Assembly: GCF_016432865.1 (NCBI RefSeq) | Contig: NC_067398.1 | Location: 83,328,001 to 83,392,000, forward strand | Reading direction: 5' to 3' | Source of the DNA: Antechinus flavipes | Lineage: Eukaryota | Length of the DNA: 64,000 nt | Part shown: piece after piece, positions 52,701 to 64,000 of the stretch | Layout of the letters: each line of letters opens with the position of its first letter | Numbering within the stretch: the stretch's first letter is position 1 | Notes under the pieces: generated by a model | Told to the model about the DNA's origin: nothing | Seen by the model: the letters and a program-made list of their open reading frames with translations, nothing else | Database searches by the model: none | Translations under genes and position numbers: made by a program

Positions 52701-54239
52701 TTGAATACAAAAACATGAAAGAAAAGGTTTAAGATGAATGAATTAAAACTTATTTATTAAGTATTTATCTTATTGAAGCAAAGCCCAATATCTAGGAATT
52801 TACATACTAATGGGGGAGGACAGAAATGAGATTTCAGCTGCAAGGCAGATAGAAGGTCCCCATAATTCCTAGGATGCAACAGCATAACAGATGATAATGC
52901 ATTTTCTTAATGATATTTCCAATGATAAAGTGCCAAAGACTTTAATAGTGAGAACTTTATTTTCAAGGTTCTGAGAGTACCTAAAGCATCTGCAGAGAAA
53001 GTTGCCAAGTCACATCTCCACAAGGGGTGCTTCCATTGATGGTGACTATGAGACTGGAATCAGAGAATTAGGAGGCTTGTCTCTTCCTAGGACTGTTGAA
53101 ATTACCTCGCTATCAGTAGGATCTGGACAGTGATTTGGCAAATGTGACTGGCTTCATTTTCATAGGGATTGCTCCCTTTAAGGGATTCAGGAGCCAGTGG
53201 TCAGGGTTCTTGGGCTCCAGGCCCTGGGTTATCTCCATCATGGTCTGAGAGAAGGTAGTGGTCAATGTAGTGTTAATAGTTTTATTCACCTGAGCTAGAC
53301 TGCCTCTTCTCTCTTCCCCCAGAACATCTTGCTGCTTCAACGAGACCAGTTTGCAGTTGGTCAGTTAGGATGACAGAAAATTTATTATCACTAGAATGGG
53401 ATCTTGTAAACCATATTAAAAGGGTAGGGCTGAGCAAAATAAAGCCTAAGGTATAGTACTAATGAGAATGGGAATGGACATTTCAGAAGGGGTAACAAAG
53501 GAACAGGCTTTCATCTTGGTTGATGAATTATTAGGAATCAGGGAAGAAAAATATGGGAGTATATTAGACATTGGCGGGGATGAATACAAGTTGGCTGAGG
53601 CTTACACTGCCCCCCGCAACCAACAGTCTTATGATGATATAAAATTAGCTTGAATTTGTTTTCTTTCCAAACACAAGGAAGAAGAGAGGACAGCCAGCAG
53701 ACCCATCTGGTATAGTGTCTGTTGTTCCTGCCCCACATCCATAATGAACTTGAGGTTGGCACTATAATGTCCGAGAATAACATATGCCTAGATGAAGCTT
53801 CAAGCTTGGAGCTGATATTTGACTACATGTATGGAACATCACAATATTAAGGGGAAATGGTGCCCCATAAGGCTCAGGTCTCTCTAGCATACATTTCCCT
53901 TTTTCTCATTGGTCACGCTCCCATTGAGAGAGTTGACTTAGGGCTGTGACAGCAGTTAACCAAGGCTTCAAGTCATTTTCTGGTAATTCTGTTATCAGAG
54001 TGAGCTCTTGCAAGTGCCCAGGATTTGTAGTAGTGTTTAAGTACTAATGTAATTAAGTACTAATGAATAGATTTGGAACAACTTGTATGAGGCTGCTTTC
54101 TTTGAGGCATCTGATAGTACTTGAAATTTGAACTTCCAACACAAATGTACCTAGCTTTCCCAGCCTTCTTCTGCATGCATAAATTTCTACATTTTAAAGT
54201 CTAGAACGTTACTAATTGGTTCATTGTTAAAGGATATAA

Positions 54240-54351
54240 ATAGTTCTCAAAAGAATTGTATATTATAATAATGACCTCATGAAAACATGCTCCAAATAAC
54301 TTGAGTAAGGAAAATGTAACTCTAAACAATTCCATGCAATCTGACAAAAAT

Positions 54352-54391
<40 letters not shown>

Positions 54392-55060
54392 AGAGAGAGA
54401 GAGAGAGAAAAGAGTTTTCTTGGAGGGGCTATGGGAAGATAGATATACCCTATATCCTAGGAAATTATGAAGTAGTCCAACCATTCTGAATAATAATTTG
54501 GAATTAATGAAAAGTGATTGAATTGTTCATACTGTAACTCAGGAATCCTACTATGCTCATATACTCCAAGAACATAAAAGGCCAATATATATATCCAAAT
54601 ATTCATAGCATCATTCTTTATTCAAAGGACCAGAAAGAAATTGCATGTTCATTAATTGTACAATGGCTGAAAAAACTGTGGCATATGTACTATGAAAGAT
54701 TCAGAGAAATATAGGAAGATTTCTATGGACTGATACATAGTATGACAAAATATACAACTACAACAATGAAAATGAAAAGATCACTAAAAGGAAGCTGAAC
54801 TCAGTAATTGAAAAAGCAGTGATGATCTTGGAGAATAGATAATAAAACAAAGCCCTTCTTTCCCCCCTCCTGACAAGCAGGAGACTGACTAGGAAAGAAT
54901 AACATGTATATTTTCACACACTCACAGATTTAACACTGTTTCAGATCTTTTTGTTTTATTGTCTCAAGTCGTCACAAGTGACGATTCAGTCTAAAGGGGG
55001 CACTGAAATGACTGATGCAAAGATGAAAGGCATGAATGAAATTTATTTTTAATAACTAAA
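54240..55060 (+). mobile_element. Old L1 3' region containing an A34(GA)n tract at 54355-54407
   Basis: atgcaatctgacaaaaatgg; ccaaccattctgaataataatttggaatt; aaaaaactgtggcatatg. Confidence 0.65.
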
Positions 55061-55149
55061 GACAAAAATAAAAATGTAGTCTTGGAGACTCCCTCCCCCC
55101 CTTCCCCAAATAACCCTTGGCTCCTGTATCCTTCCTCAACTTGGAATCC

Positions 55150-55780
55150 CCAGGCTTCTTTCTGTCTCAGCATAATCCCCAAAGAATTCACTCACTTGTC
55201 ACACAGACAATGGAATTTATTAACAGGAAATAAAGGAAAATGTAATGATATTAACATCTGAAATAACTTGCTTGCCAGTAAAGGCTGCCACCTCTGGGAG
55301 AGTCCACATTTTCTTTCCCTCCAGAAACTTTTCTGCCTTGTCCCTAAAGGAACACATTTTTAATTTCTGAGGACAAAGAAAGCCAAGTTTACCTCATCAG
55401 GTTTACAGTTTCTTTTGGGTGGCCAGTGATGATCGCTAACTGGGGGTTGGCCAGCCAGATAGAACCTGCATTCTTGATATCCTCCACCTTCTCAGCTGCC
55501 TGAGTGGGCCAGCTGCTTTCTCCCTGTAAGGGAGTCTGAATATTTATAAAGCACTTACTAGGCTCCTGGAATGATTTCACAGACATACCCTAAGAGTTCA
55601 AGAGAGTCAGCCACTAAGCCATTCAGTTGAACCGGCAACAGTTCCATCAGCCTTTTCAGAGTTTCAGCATCCAACCTGACAGGCAAAATCTCGTGACAGC
55701 TGCCCTTTATGGCAGCTCCCTTCTACCCCGATCAGGAGGGCCTTCTGAGACTCCTTGGCACCAAAAATGCAGGCAGGAGA
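55150..55780 (-). mobile_element. Possible LTR-like element
   Basis: Minus-strand AATAAA near 55217 and TATAAA near 55547; LTR-like composition; termini unresolved. Confidence 0.3.
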
Positions 55781-55899
55781 ACAGTTGTAGAATAAAGCAG
55801 GAAATTATTTTAGACAGGGATTAAAACAGCCAGGGCTGTACTTGGATGTTTAAAACCAATGGATCATAGCATCTGCAAAGAATCTTAGGGATCATCTAG

Positions 55900-56088
55900 G
55901 TCAGAAGTTAAGAATAACTTTGCTTAAAAAAAAAAACTTTTCTGATAACCATATTTCACTATAATGGGTTTTCTTTATAATTCTGTTTTTTATTTTATTC
56001 ATTTAAAAATCTGATTCTGAAAAGGGACCCATAAGCTTCACTAGCTTTTCCAAGGGGTTCATAAATATGAGAGGTTCTGAACTCCTGG
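55900..56088. mobile_element. hAT-type MITE (same family as the split copy at 48.2/50.4 kb)
   Basis: catttaaaaatctgattctgaaaagggacccataagcttcac...ggggttcat. Confidence 0.6.
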
Positions 56089-57464
56089 TGTAGTCCAACC
56101 CCAGCCCAGAAAAGTGATTTGCTCAGAGAGACAAAGGTCAAAGTCAGAAGCAGCAGGTCCAAGATTCAAAGCCAGGATCTTCTGACATCTAGATTAAGTG
56201 CCCCTTTGAGTGCATCATTCAGCCTCTCTTTTCCTTCATCTTGACTCAGTTTCTTTCTACTAATGAGACCTATGGCATGTCACTTCTCTACTCAAGCTGC
56301 TTCTTTGTCAGTAAAATTCAATTAATACTAATAAAACTGGGATTGTAGGGAGGAAGGCATCTTGTAAATCTTTAGGCACTATGTAAACTATTTTTATTAT
56401 TCTTATGTATATGGAAAAGGAGGAGGAAAGTGGGGCAGATCATAGTCCAGAGAAATGGTCAAGTGGGAAGAATCCTAAATTGGAAGTAGAGACCTGGGTT
56501 CTGTATGCCTTTAAGAACATATAAATTGAGGGAGTTGAATAATGTTAGTCTCTAACATATCTTCCCACTGACACGTAAAGAAATTTCAGGCAAGGGGGGA
56601 ACAATCAATTAAGAAATTGATCTTCATCTCAGACTTTATTGTGTGTTTTAAGGAACTGAATGTAGTAGGAGAGAAAGAGAAGCAAAGAAAAAAGTGCAGT
56701 TTCAAGATGCTTATAGAAGTAAAATTCACTAGCCTCAGCTACTAGTTGGTGGTGGAAAGAATGGCAGAAAAAGATGACATCAGAAATTTTGGTGATTGAG
56801 AGAATGCCACAGTGTCATTAACAGAAACCACCCCTGAGTCAGGATAATACTTTTAGAGCTGGAAAAGATCTTAAAGATCATTGATTCCATGCCCTTCTAT
56901 TTACAGATGAGGAAATTAAGGCCCATTAAAAGAAAATGTCTTCTTGGCTTACTACCCAATGGTAATAAATGGGACGAGATTTTATGAGGAAGGTAAGGAG
57001 TTCATTTCTGACCATGTTGGATTTGAAATGCCAGCAGGCCATTGAAATGAATTTGAACTATCAAAACGCAACTGAAAATGCAAGCCTGGAATTAAGAAAA
57101 GATGGTCTGACAAGGAAGACAATTTAGGTGATATCAACTACCTCCCATTTGGTAATTCATAGGAAGAAGATTCAGAGTCAAAAGCTAAATTCGATTCCTT
57201 CCTGACACTACTTTCATGACTTCCAAGTCTCAGTTTATTCATATGTATAATGGGGAAAGGAAGGGTTGGACTAGATGGTTTCTGAGGTTCTTCCTAGTCC
57301 TAAATCTTGTATAATCTGGGCATTTCCAGACCATTCCAGATTACATATGAGTGGAAGTCACAAGAGAAAATTCTTCATTCTCTTAACAAACATTAAGTAC
57401 TGGTGTACAGGGTGTATTGGGTACACAAGAGGAAATATAAAATAAGGCTTTGATCCCTGTCCTT

Positions 57465-57700
57465 AGGTGTACTTAGGTAACACAGTGTATAGAGCACTGG
57501 ATTGAGATCAGGAAAATCTGAGTTCAAATATGACCTCAGAAACTTCTTAGCTGTGTGATTCTGAGCAAGTCATTTAACTCTTTTCATTTCCTCATCTGTA
57601 AAAATGAGCTGGAAAAGCATAAATGACTCCAGTGTCTTTGGCAAGAAAACCCCAAATAGGGTCACAGAGTCAGAGCATGTAGCTGATTGGAGGCAGCAAC
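57465..57700 (+). mobile_element. Mar1-type SINE
   Basis: acttaggtaacacagtgtatagagcactgg...ctccagtgtctttggcaagaaaaccccaaatagggtcac. Confidence 0.8.
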
Positions 57701-57771
57701 ATATACCTAGAAGTTTGATCCAAGAGTTAGGAAAATGGGCCTATGAGTTCAATAAAGAACTCCCAACCGCC

Positions 57772-57920
57772 CAGCTAGTTGGTGCAGTGGATAGAGCACC
57801 AGCCCAGAAGTCAGGAAGACCTGAGTTCAAATTTAGCCTCAGACACTTAACACTTTCTAACTATGTGATTCTGGACAAATCACTTAACCCCAATTGGCTC
57901 AAACAAAACAAAACAAAAAA
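57772..57920 (+). mobile_element. WSINE-like SINE
   Basis: cagctagttggtgcagtggatagagcacc...(AAAAC)n tail. Confidence 0.85.
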
Positions 57921-58549
57921 CTCTCAGAATTAGAAAGCAAGCAAGAAGGCACTTTCTCTGGCTTATAGTCTTTAGAGACTGGCCTGGAGGCACTGAGATT
58001 GATTTGGCCAGCCAAGGTGTGTCTGAGGCAGATCTTCCAGACTGAGGTCAGTTTTCTAGTCATAAAGCCCTGGTCTCTCCTACAATAAATTCGTAAAAGA
58101 TGGTGTTGGGCATTGGCAGAGAGGGATCAATTGAAAATTTAGGACTAAGAGAGTGTGTGAAAGCAGAGATGAAGCTTCCCTCAGTTGTGGTGGAGGGGAA
58201 AAAGCCATCACCTTGAGAGGCAAGAAAGGGTTTTTAATACTGCATCTGGCTTTATAAACCTGCATCTCAATTCCCTCGTCTATAAATGGAGATGAAAATA
58301 CTCTGTATATTTTAAAGTTTTATAGAAATGGCAACTAGCGTTGGTATTAGGGTTCAGGTTAGCTTCGCTTTAAGACTAAATAGACTGTTTGGCCCTGGCC
58401 ATGTCCCTACTCTCTAGGTCTCAGTTTCCTCAAACCATCAGAGGAAGGGCACTGGTGGGAGGGGGCAGGAGTAGGGGGGTAAAGCTTCCGATTCTGACCG
58501 ACTGTGATTCTGAGAGCCAGTTCCCAGTAGGCGCCTAGGCAAGGAGCCA

Positions 58550-59650
58550 GCTGGGGCACCCCAGCATAGGGGGGCAGAGGCCAAGAGCCAGTTGCCTGAA
58601 GCGCCCTCGGGGTGACTCCGTGGTTAATCGCGCGGGTGCAAGCCGGAGCTCAGCCCCAGTCCCAGCCGGCGGGCCTCCAGGACGCATGCCAGGCCCTCAG
58701 ACAGAGCGCGGCGCGCTCCGCCCCGATAAGGGAGCTGAGCTGAGCTGCCTGGGCGATGAAGTCAGCGGGAGTGGGGGGACCGGTCGGCAGCCACCGGAAA
58801 GGGGAGGGAAGGGGCGGAGCCCGCCTAAAGGGGGGACAGGGCGGAGCCCAGATGTGTCCCCCAATCGGCTTAGCTCTGGCCGAGCATTTCGCCAACGTTT
58901 CAATCCTAACGGCCGCCGCGGCTCGCTCTCGCTTGTGCGCACTCACAGACTAGCCCCAAGGCAGCCGGCTCGCCTCGTTGCCCCTCTGGTCCCGAACCCG
59001 AAGATCGCCGCCTGCTCACTCCCTCGTCCCTCCTTCCAAACCCGGTCCAGCTCCTGCGCCCCTTCCTCCTGCCGGCCCAGTACCCCCAGACTAGTGTCCG
59101 CTCCCTCTGGCTTGGGAGGGGTGAGTGGAAGGCGCGGGATGAGCGACACAGACGCCGGGACCCCAGCCTTCGAGATGACCTGGAGCAGCACCACCAGCAG
59201 CGGCTATTGCAGCCAGGAAGACTCGGACTCGGAGCTTGAGCAGTATTTCACGGCGCGCACCTCGCTGGTCCGCAAGCCCCGCCGGGACCAGGTGAAGACG
59301 GCTGCAGAGGCAGAACCAGCCTGGGGCGGGGGAAGGGGGGGAGAAGGGGGGAGGAGCCGGCAGCTGAAGGGTTAAGGCCTGAGCAGCTCAAGGGAAATTC
59401 CTGCTGCTACACTTCTTCCCCTCCCCCTATCCTGCCTACCCCTTCCCAATTCCCGGATACTCCGCCCTCTGGAAGGGGAGGCGTCCCCTGTCACCCTCGC
59501 TTAGGCCCTGGCTGGGAAGAGAAACTGACCCTTCTCTGGGGCGCTCCGGGGGTGGGATGGAGTGGGGGCGGGCGGCCCAGTGAGCTAGAGAAGTGCCACG
59601 CAGGCCGGCTGGCGGGAGCGTCTGCGGCAACCCCGTGATTATTCACGCCG
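58550..59650. promoter_or_regulatory. RASSF1C CpG island / promoter
   Basis: CpG-dense; GC boxes at 58811-58820 and 58839-58847; CCAAT at 58861. Confidence 0.88.
59139..59291 (+). CDS. RASSF1: RASSF1C first exon (2-gamma)
   Basis: MSDTDAGTPAFEMTWSSTTSSGYCSQEDSDSELEQYFTARTSLVRKPRRDQ|gtgaag; nearly identical to the recalled human RASSF1C N-terminus including SSGYCS. Confidence 0.96.
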
Positions 59651-61884
59651 AGGAAATCCCCCCACACCTTCCAACTTCCCGGCCCAGCTGGGCTCTGGAG
59701 CCAGGCTGGATTCTCCTGCCTCCCCCAAAAGCCAGTGGTGGGGTCTCTCCAAATCCACGCAGCTTTCCCCCAGCCAGGGCTGCTGACGTCGCCCCTACCT
59801 TGCTGCACCCTTGGGTCTTGGAACACCTACTTTAAGGCCGCGGGACAGGCTAGAAGGGGCGGGTACCGCAGAAGGCAGGGATTATAATACTTTTCTAGTG
59901 TTACTTTTTCTATAAACTCTGTTTCTGCTGCTAGAAAATTCTCCTCTTCGAGTGTGTGACAGGTAGGTTCTTTGTGGTTGGCTCAAAGTCTCCGGTGGGC
60001 GGAGAACACTGAAGATGCAGTTTGTAAAACTTGCCAGTGCTTGATAAAGCCTGCCTTCCTGGGGGATAAACAACCGATGTCTAATTTATGCATACCTAGC
60101 CAGTTCCTTCTCCCAAATCTGGAACGTCCTTAATCCAGTTGATAAAATATTCTTAGCCACAATCCCCATACTTTTCTGGAATTTCTCATCTGTTTGTATG
60201 TTTTGTTTAAGGGATTTGTTTATCCTGCTATTATCTGTTACAAACACCTTTCTTCTGTTCCCAGTTTATTGTCCCAGAGTCTTTAGCTCGTTAAGAATTG
60301 GATTTAAGGTAATCAGCTTGTGGATGACTCAGGGTAGGGGCTGGCAATGTGGAACCAACCTCCTGAGGAAGTGGGAGGATCTGGTCCTAGCACTAGACAA
60401 GGAAGGTGACAGCTGAGCCGTGCTGGAGGATGACAAGGTCATGCATTGTTCTCAAGGTGAAAACCTGATTCCAGAGTTTTGTTGGGTGAGCTAACTTGGG
60501 TGATGTTTGGGAGCAGCTGCCCAGCCCTCTCCTGCCTGTCTACCTGATGGTCGGTGTGAGAGACATAGGATTTAGTGTGTCAGGAAACCTGGATTCAAAT
60601 CCTAACTTAACCTCTTACTCTCTGGCCCTCAATTTTCTCATCAGTAAAATTAAGAGGTTGAACTCCATGATCCCTAAGGTTCCTTTCAGTTTTAAATCTT
60701 TGAGCCTTTCATGGATATAAGAAGGGAAGTGTCCATTATAGAGACCTATATGGAAGTAGAGAAAACCATCCCTAGAGATTAAAGGATGTTTCTCTATGAT
60801 TAAAGCTGACAGCAATGACATTTTTTTTTATCTTCAGGAAAAGGAGAAGATGAGGGGTGGGAGCAAGGAGCTGTGAGAGAGAAGAGAGGAAAAAGACAGA
60901 AAACTGAAACAAAAGGAAAGGCCATGCTGAAGAGATTCTGAAGAGAATCTTAACTTTAAAAAAAAACTTAAGTTTTAGGTTTTTTTTTTTTTTAAGAGAT
61001 CAACCAGAGATCAGGATCCACAGTTTTAGGCAAGAACAAATAGAAAAACAGCTCCATAACCTGGGGGAGAGCTGGGGTGTTTACCACTCCTGAAACATGA
61101 GAATTTGAATGCCTTCTGTAGTCTGAGAAGAGTTGTTTGAAAACCAGTCAACAAGAACTTTACTTTCCATATCAGCAAGCAGTAAGCATCAACAGAGAAA
61201 TAGCAAAGGCTAATAGCAGATAATCCTGGGATAACATATCTTTAATCATCTAAAGATTTAGAGCTGAAAGGAACCATAGGGATCATGGAGTTCAACCTTC
61301 CAATTTTATTGTTGGGGAAACTGAGGCCCAGAGAGTAAGTGGCTAAGTTAGGATTTGAACCCAGGTTTTCTGACACATTTTTGATATCATAGAGAAATAC
61401 ACTTCTCCCAAAATGACTTTTATAAATGGTTGTCTTGAATCAGGTCATTGTTTTGATCCAGTGTAGCGTTTCTTGACATCTCAAAAAGAGCTCTCTTTTT
61501 GATAGCTATTTGGGAAGACCCCAGTGTAAGAGTCATAACCCCACTCGGTGGTCAAGAAAATCAAGCAAAGGATATCAGGGGAAACGTGCCTCCCTGCAAT
61601 GTGTCCATGAAAGGCAGAGATGATACTACCTACCTTAGTGAGTTGTGAATTTTGGCAAACTAAGTCTCTTAATCAAAATTAATCTGGTAGATTATTATGA
61701 ACTTTTGTAAACTGAGTCTCTTACCCAAACTAATCTGGGCTTCTTCTGGTAGTCTTTTCTCCTCCAAGCATATCTGAATAGATTGGTATCCAACATTTCA
61801 CTATCTAAGGAACGTGGGAGGGAATTTGTGAGTCAGAAGTGAGGAGCATAGAGGTGAAATTCAGTGTCAGAGCAATAGAGACTG

Positions 61885-62040
61885 TATTAGGCAGCTCTGT
61901 GGATAGAATGCTGGCCCAGAGTCAGGAAGTTGACATCTGCCCTCAGAGCCTTACTAGCAGTGTGAACCTGGGCAGGTTACTTGACTTCTATTTCCCTCAG
62001 TTTCCTAAACTGAAAAATTGATAACAACAATACCTCACAA
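61885..62040 (+). mobile_element. MIR/Mar-type SINE
   Basis: taggcagctctgtggatagaatgctggcc...ctcagtttcc. Confidence 0.7.
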
Positions 62041-64000
62041 TAACTCACGAAGCTAATATATGTATATAATAATATAATATATTCCTAGCATATAGTAGGA
62101 GAAACACTTCCTTATTCCTATCCTGTGTTCATCCAAAGATCATAAAGTATCTTACTAAGGGAGTCTTACCTGGTTTCCTTTCTGGATAGCCAAGCTTAAA
62201 GTTACCCAGCAGCATTCACGTTTCCTGGAGGGAAAATGACTAAGCCATGTCCCTTTTTTGTTGTGAAATGGCAGTGGATCCACAGAGTCAAACTTAGAAA
62301 AAAATGAAGTCCGTCTGGAGGGTGTTTGTTGTGGCTGTGGAAATCTTTACCTTTCAGAACTCATTTAAGATTATCTCTAAAGAAAAGGCAGTGTGTCCTA
62401 TTCCCGGGTTAGCTAAGTAGGGCAGGAATGGCTGGAATGGCCTGAAGAGTATGGCAGGAAGGTTTCTGCAGACTCTCTGAAGAAAGATAAATTAGTCTTT
62501 TCCCAACATGGCCTGGCTGATCTTTCTGTCTAAGGGAATTCTGGAGAAAGTTCCCTTTGTTCTATAAACAGGATGCTGCTGTCCATTGCTTTGTAGTCCT
62601 GTGCTCTAGGAAAGTTTGGCATTCTTCTATTGTGTCCTGCCCATCCTGCTTCCTGTCCCCACTTCCTTTGATTCCACTCTTCCAATTGGGATCTTGGATC
62701 ATGTGTCTCTCCCCTGGGCATAAGAACTGCCCTGCCTGTCTTGCCTTAACTTTTGAAGACTCCAAGCACATGTTTCTGTAGACCTGAGCACAATGCCCTA
62801 TACATAGTAAGTGTTTAATAAATATTTATTGAGCTCAATTCTAAACCTCAGAGGAACCTTTCCCTGGTCCAAGAGCATTGAGTCAGCCCTTGATCCTTGG
62901 TGTTGCAACTTTCTGCCAACATAACTCTTTGGAGAGTATTGCATCTATCACATGAACAATTTCTTTGCTCCTTCTTTACTTTTTTTTTTCTTTAAGATGG
63001 GAGGAGAAAGGGGGAGGAGAGGAGGCAATTGGAATGATGACTTGCTCAGAGTCCCTTCACTTTTCATTCTGTGCAGTCCCCAATCTGGATCACCATTTAG
63101 CTGTGCACAGAAGGTGATCTCTCAAAGATGAAAAGTAGCAAGCTTTGTTTATGGTAAAAACCTAGCTTCACGAAAGGGCAAAATTTCTCAGTGGGGGTCC
63201 CAGCTTTGTCCCTTTAGCAGTCCTGAGGCCTTGATAAGCATTCTAATTTTCATCCTCCCCTATACTGAGCCTTGGGAAAAATAAGAACGGGTATAAGCTG
63301 CTTACCCATTAAGTTCAAAGGACCACCTCTTTCTCCCATCCCACTCCCACCCCAGAAAAATTCCAGCTGGTACTGAGCTAGAATTGTTGCACTGTAGTAG
63401 AGCTGTAGCTGTCTGACAGGATGGTTCAGTCTGACTTTTAGGGCTGATCATGAGATAGGAAAGGAAATGGTTTTTAAAATTCTCCCAGGATATAGCACTG
63501 GGCAGTGGTGATCTCAGCTTTCATTCCTGACCATCCCCCCCGCCCCATATCAGCCCCCTCCACTATTCTCGCCAGTGTCTGATGTCAACAGGAAATAAGA
63601 CTGATGCAATTGAATGCAAGACCAAGTCAGTGCACATGCTCCAGCCCAGATCCCACCCTTCCTGCCCTGCAGGCTCCACCCTTCCCTCCTTTTCCCTCAC
63701 CATGGAGTGGGAGCTTGGCAAAGAAAGTGTCCAGGATTGACTGTAGGGCATGGGGGAAGGGTCGAGCTGAGATGGCAGGTGCCCAGGCCAATCTCCAATG
63801 TTAGATCATGGGAGTAGTGGTTATGTCATCCAAGCCAGGCCAGCCTAAAAACTCTTCCTTTATGTGTCCTGAATTCAAGGATTTGTCTTATTCTTAGAGC
63901 ATTAGGTATTTGTGAAGTTTTATCTTAATGTGAATAGATTTTGGTGTTTGTATCTTGGGGCATTCGTTGTCACTTCATAGATTTGGGTTTGGCGTATGAG

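Noticed and set aside
52981-53760. Short resemblances to viral proteins: plus-strand TAPRNQQSYD (pneumovirus N), HISTRGASIDGDYE (filovirus L motif A), minus-strand LPYFSSLI and GLLA...IQA (mononegaviral N), NPLKGAIP (betaretroviral Gag)
   Set aside because: The matches are on opposite strands, have wrong spacing and lack neighbouring conserved motifs (e.g. GIEG..QKLW, GDNQ); treated as chance similarities pending a search
63702-63740. MEWELGKESVQD* resembling RASSF1 exon 3 (VEWETP)
   Set aside because: No ETPDLSQ continuation, early stop and no proper acceptor; exon 3 is probably beyond the window

Overview
Mammalian genomic DNA from a marsupial, most likely an Australian one and probably a dasyurid (inferred from the WSINE/Mar1-type SINEs and L1 3' ends). 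It is syntenic to the human 3p21.3 tumour-suppressor cluster. In order: the 3' part of TMEM115 (+), CYB561D2 (-, complete 222-aa CDS), NPRL2 (+, complete 380-aa CDS, 11 exons), ZMYND10 (+, complete 447-aa CDS, 12 exons) and the 5' half of RASSF1 (+: RASSF1A exons 1-alpha and 2-alpha-beta, RASSF1C exon 2-gamma; shared exons 3-6 not found and probably beyond 64 kb). Exons were placed by hand from GT-AG sites, reading phase and recalled human protein sequences. The first 28 kb is compact and GC-rich. The stretch 28.7-58.5 kb is an AT-rich, transposon-filled expansion of RASSF1 introns 1-2. It holds a decayed, possibly semi-processed NAA10 retrocopy; two stacked retro-insertions sharing one target-site duplication (an ORF-less mini-L1 and an apparent processed ERV RNA); and a locally templated duplication. 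I found no prokaryotic-type system, CRISPR array or intact novel gene. Repeat family names and boundaries come from pattern recognition, not from a database search.
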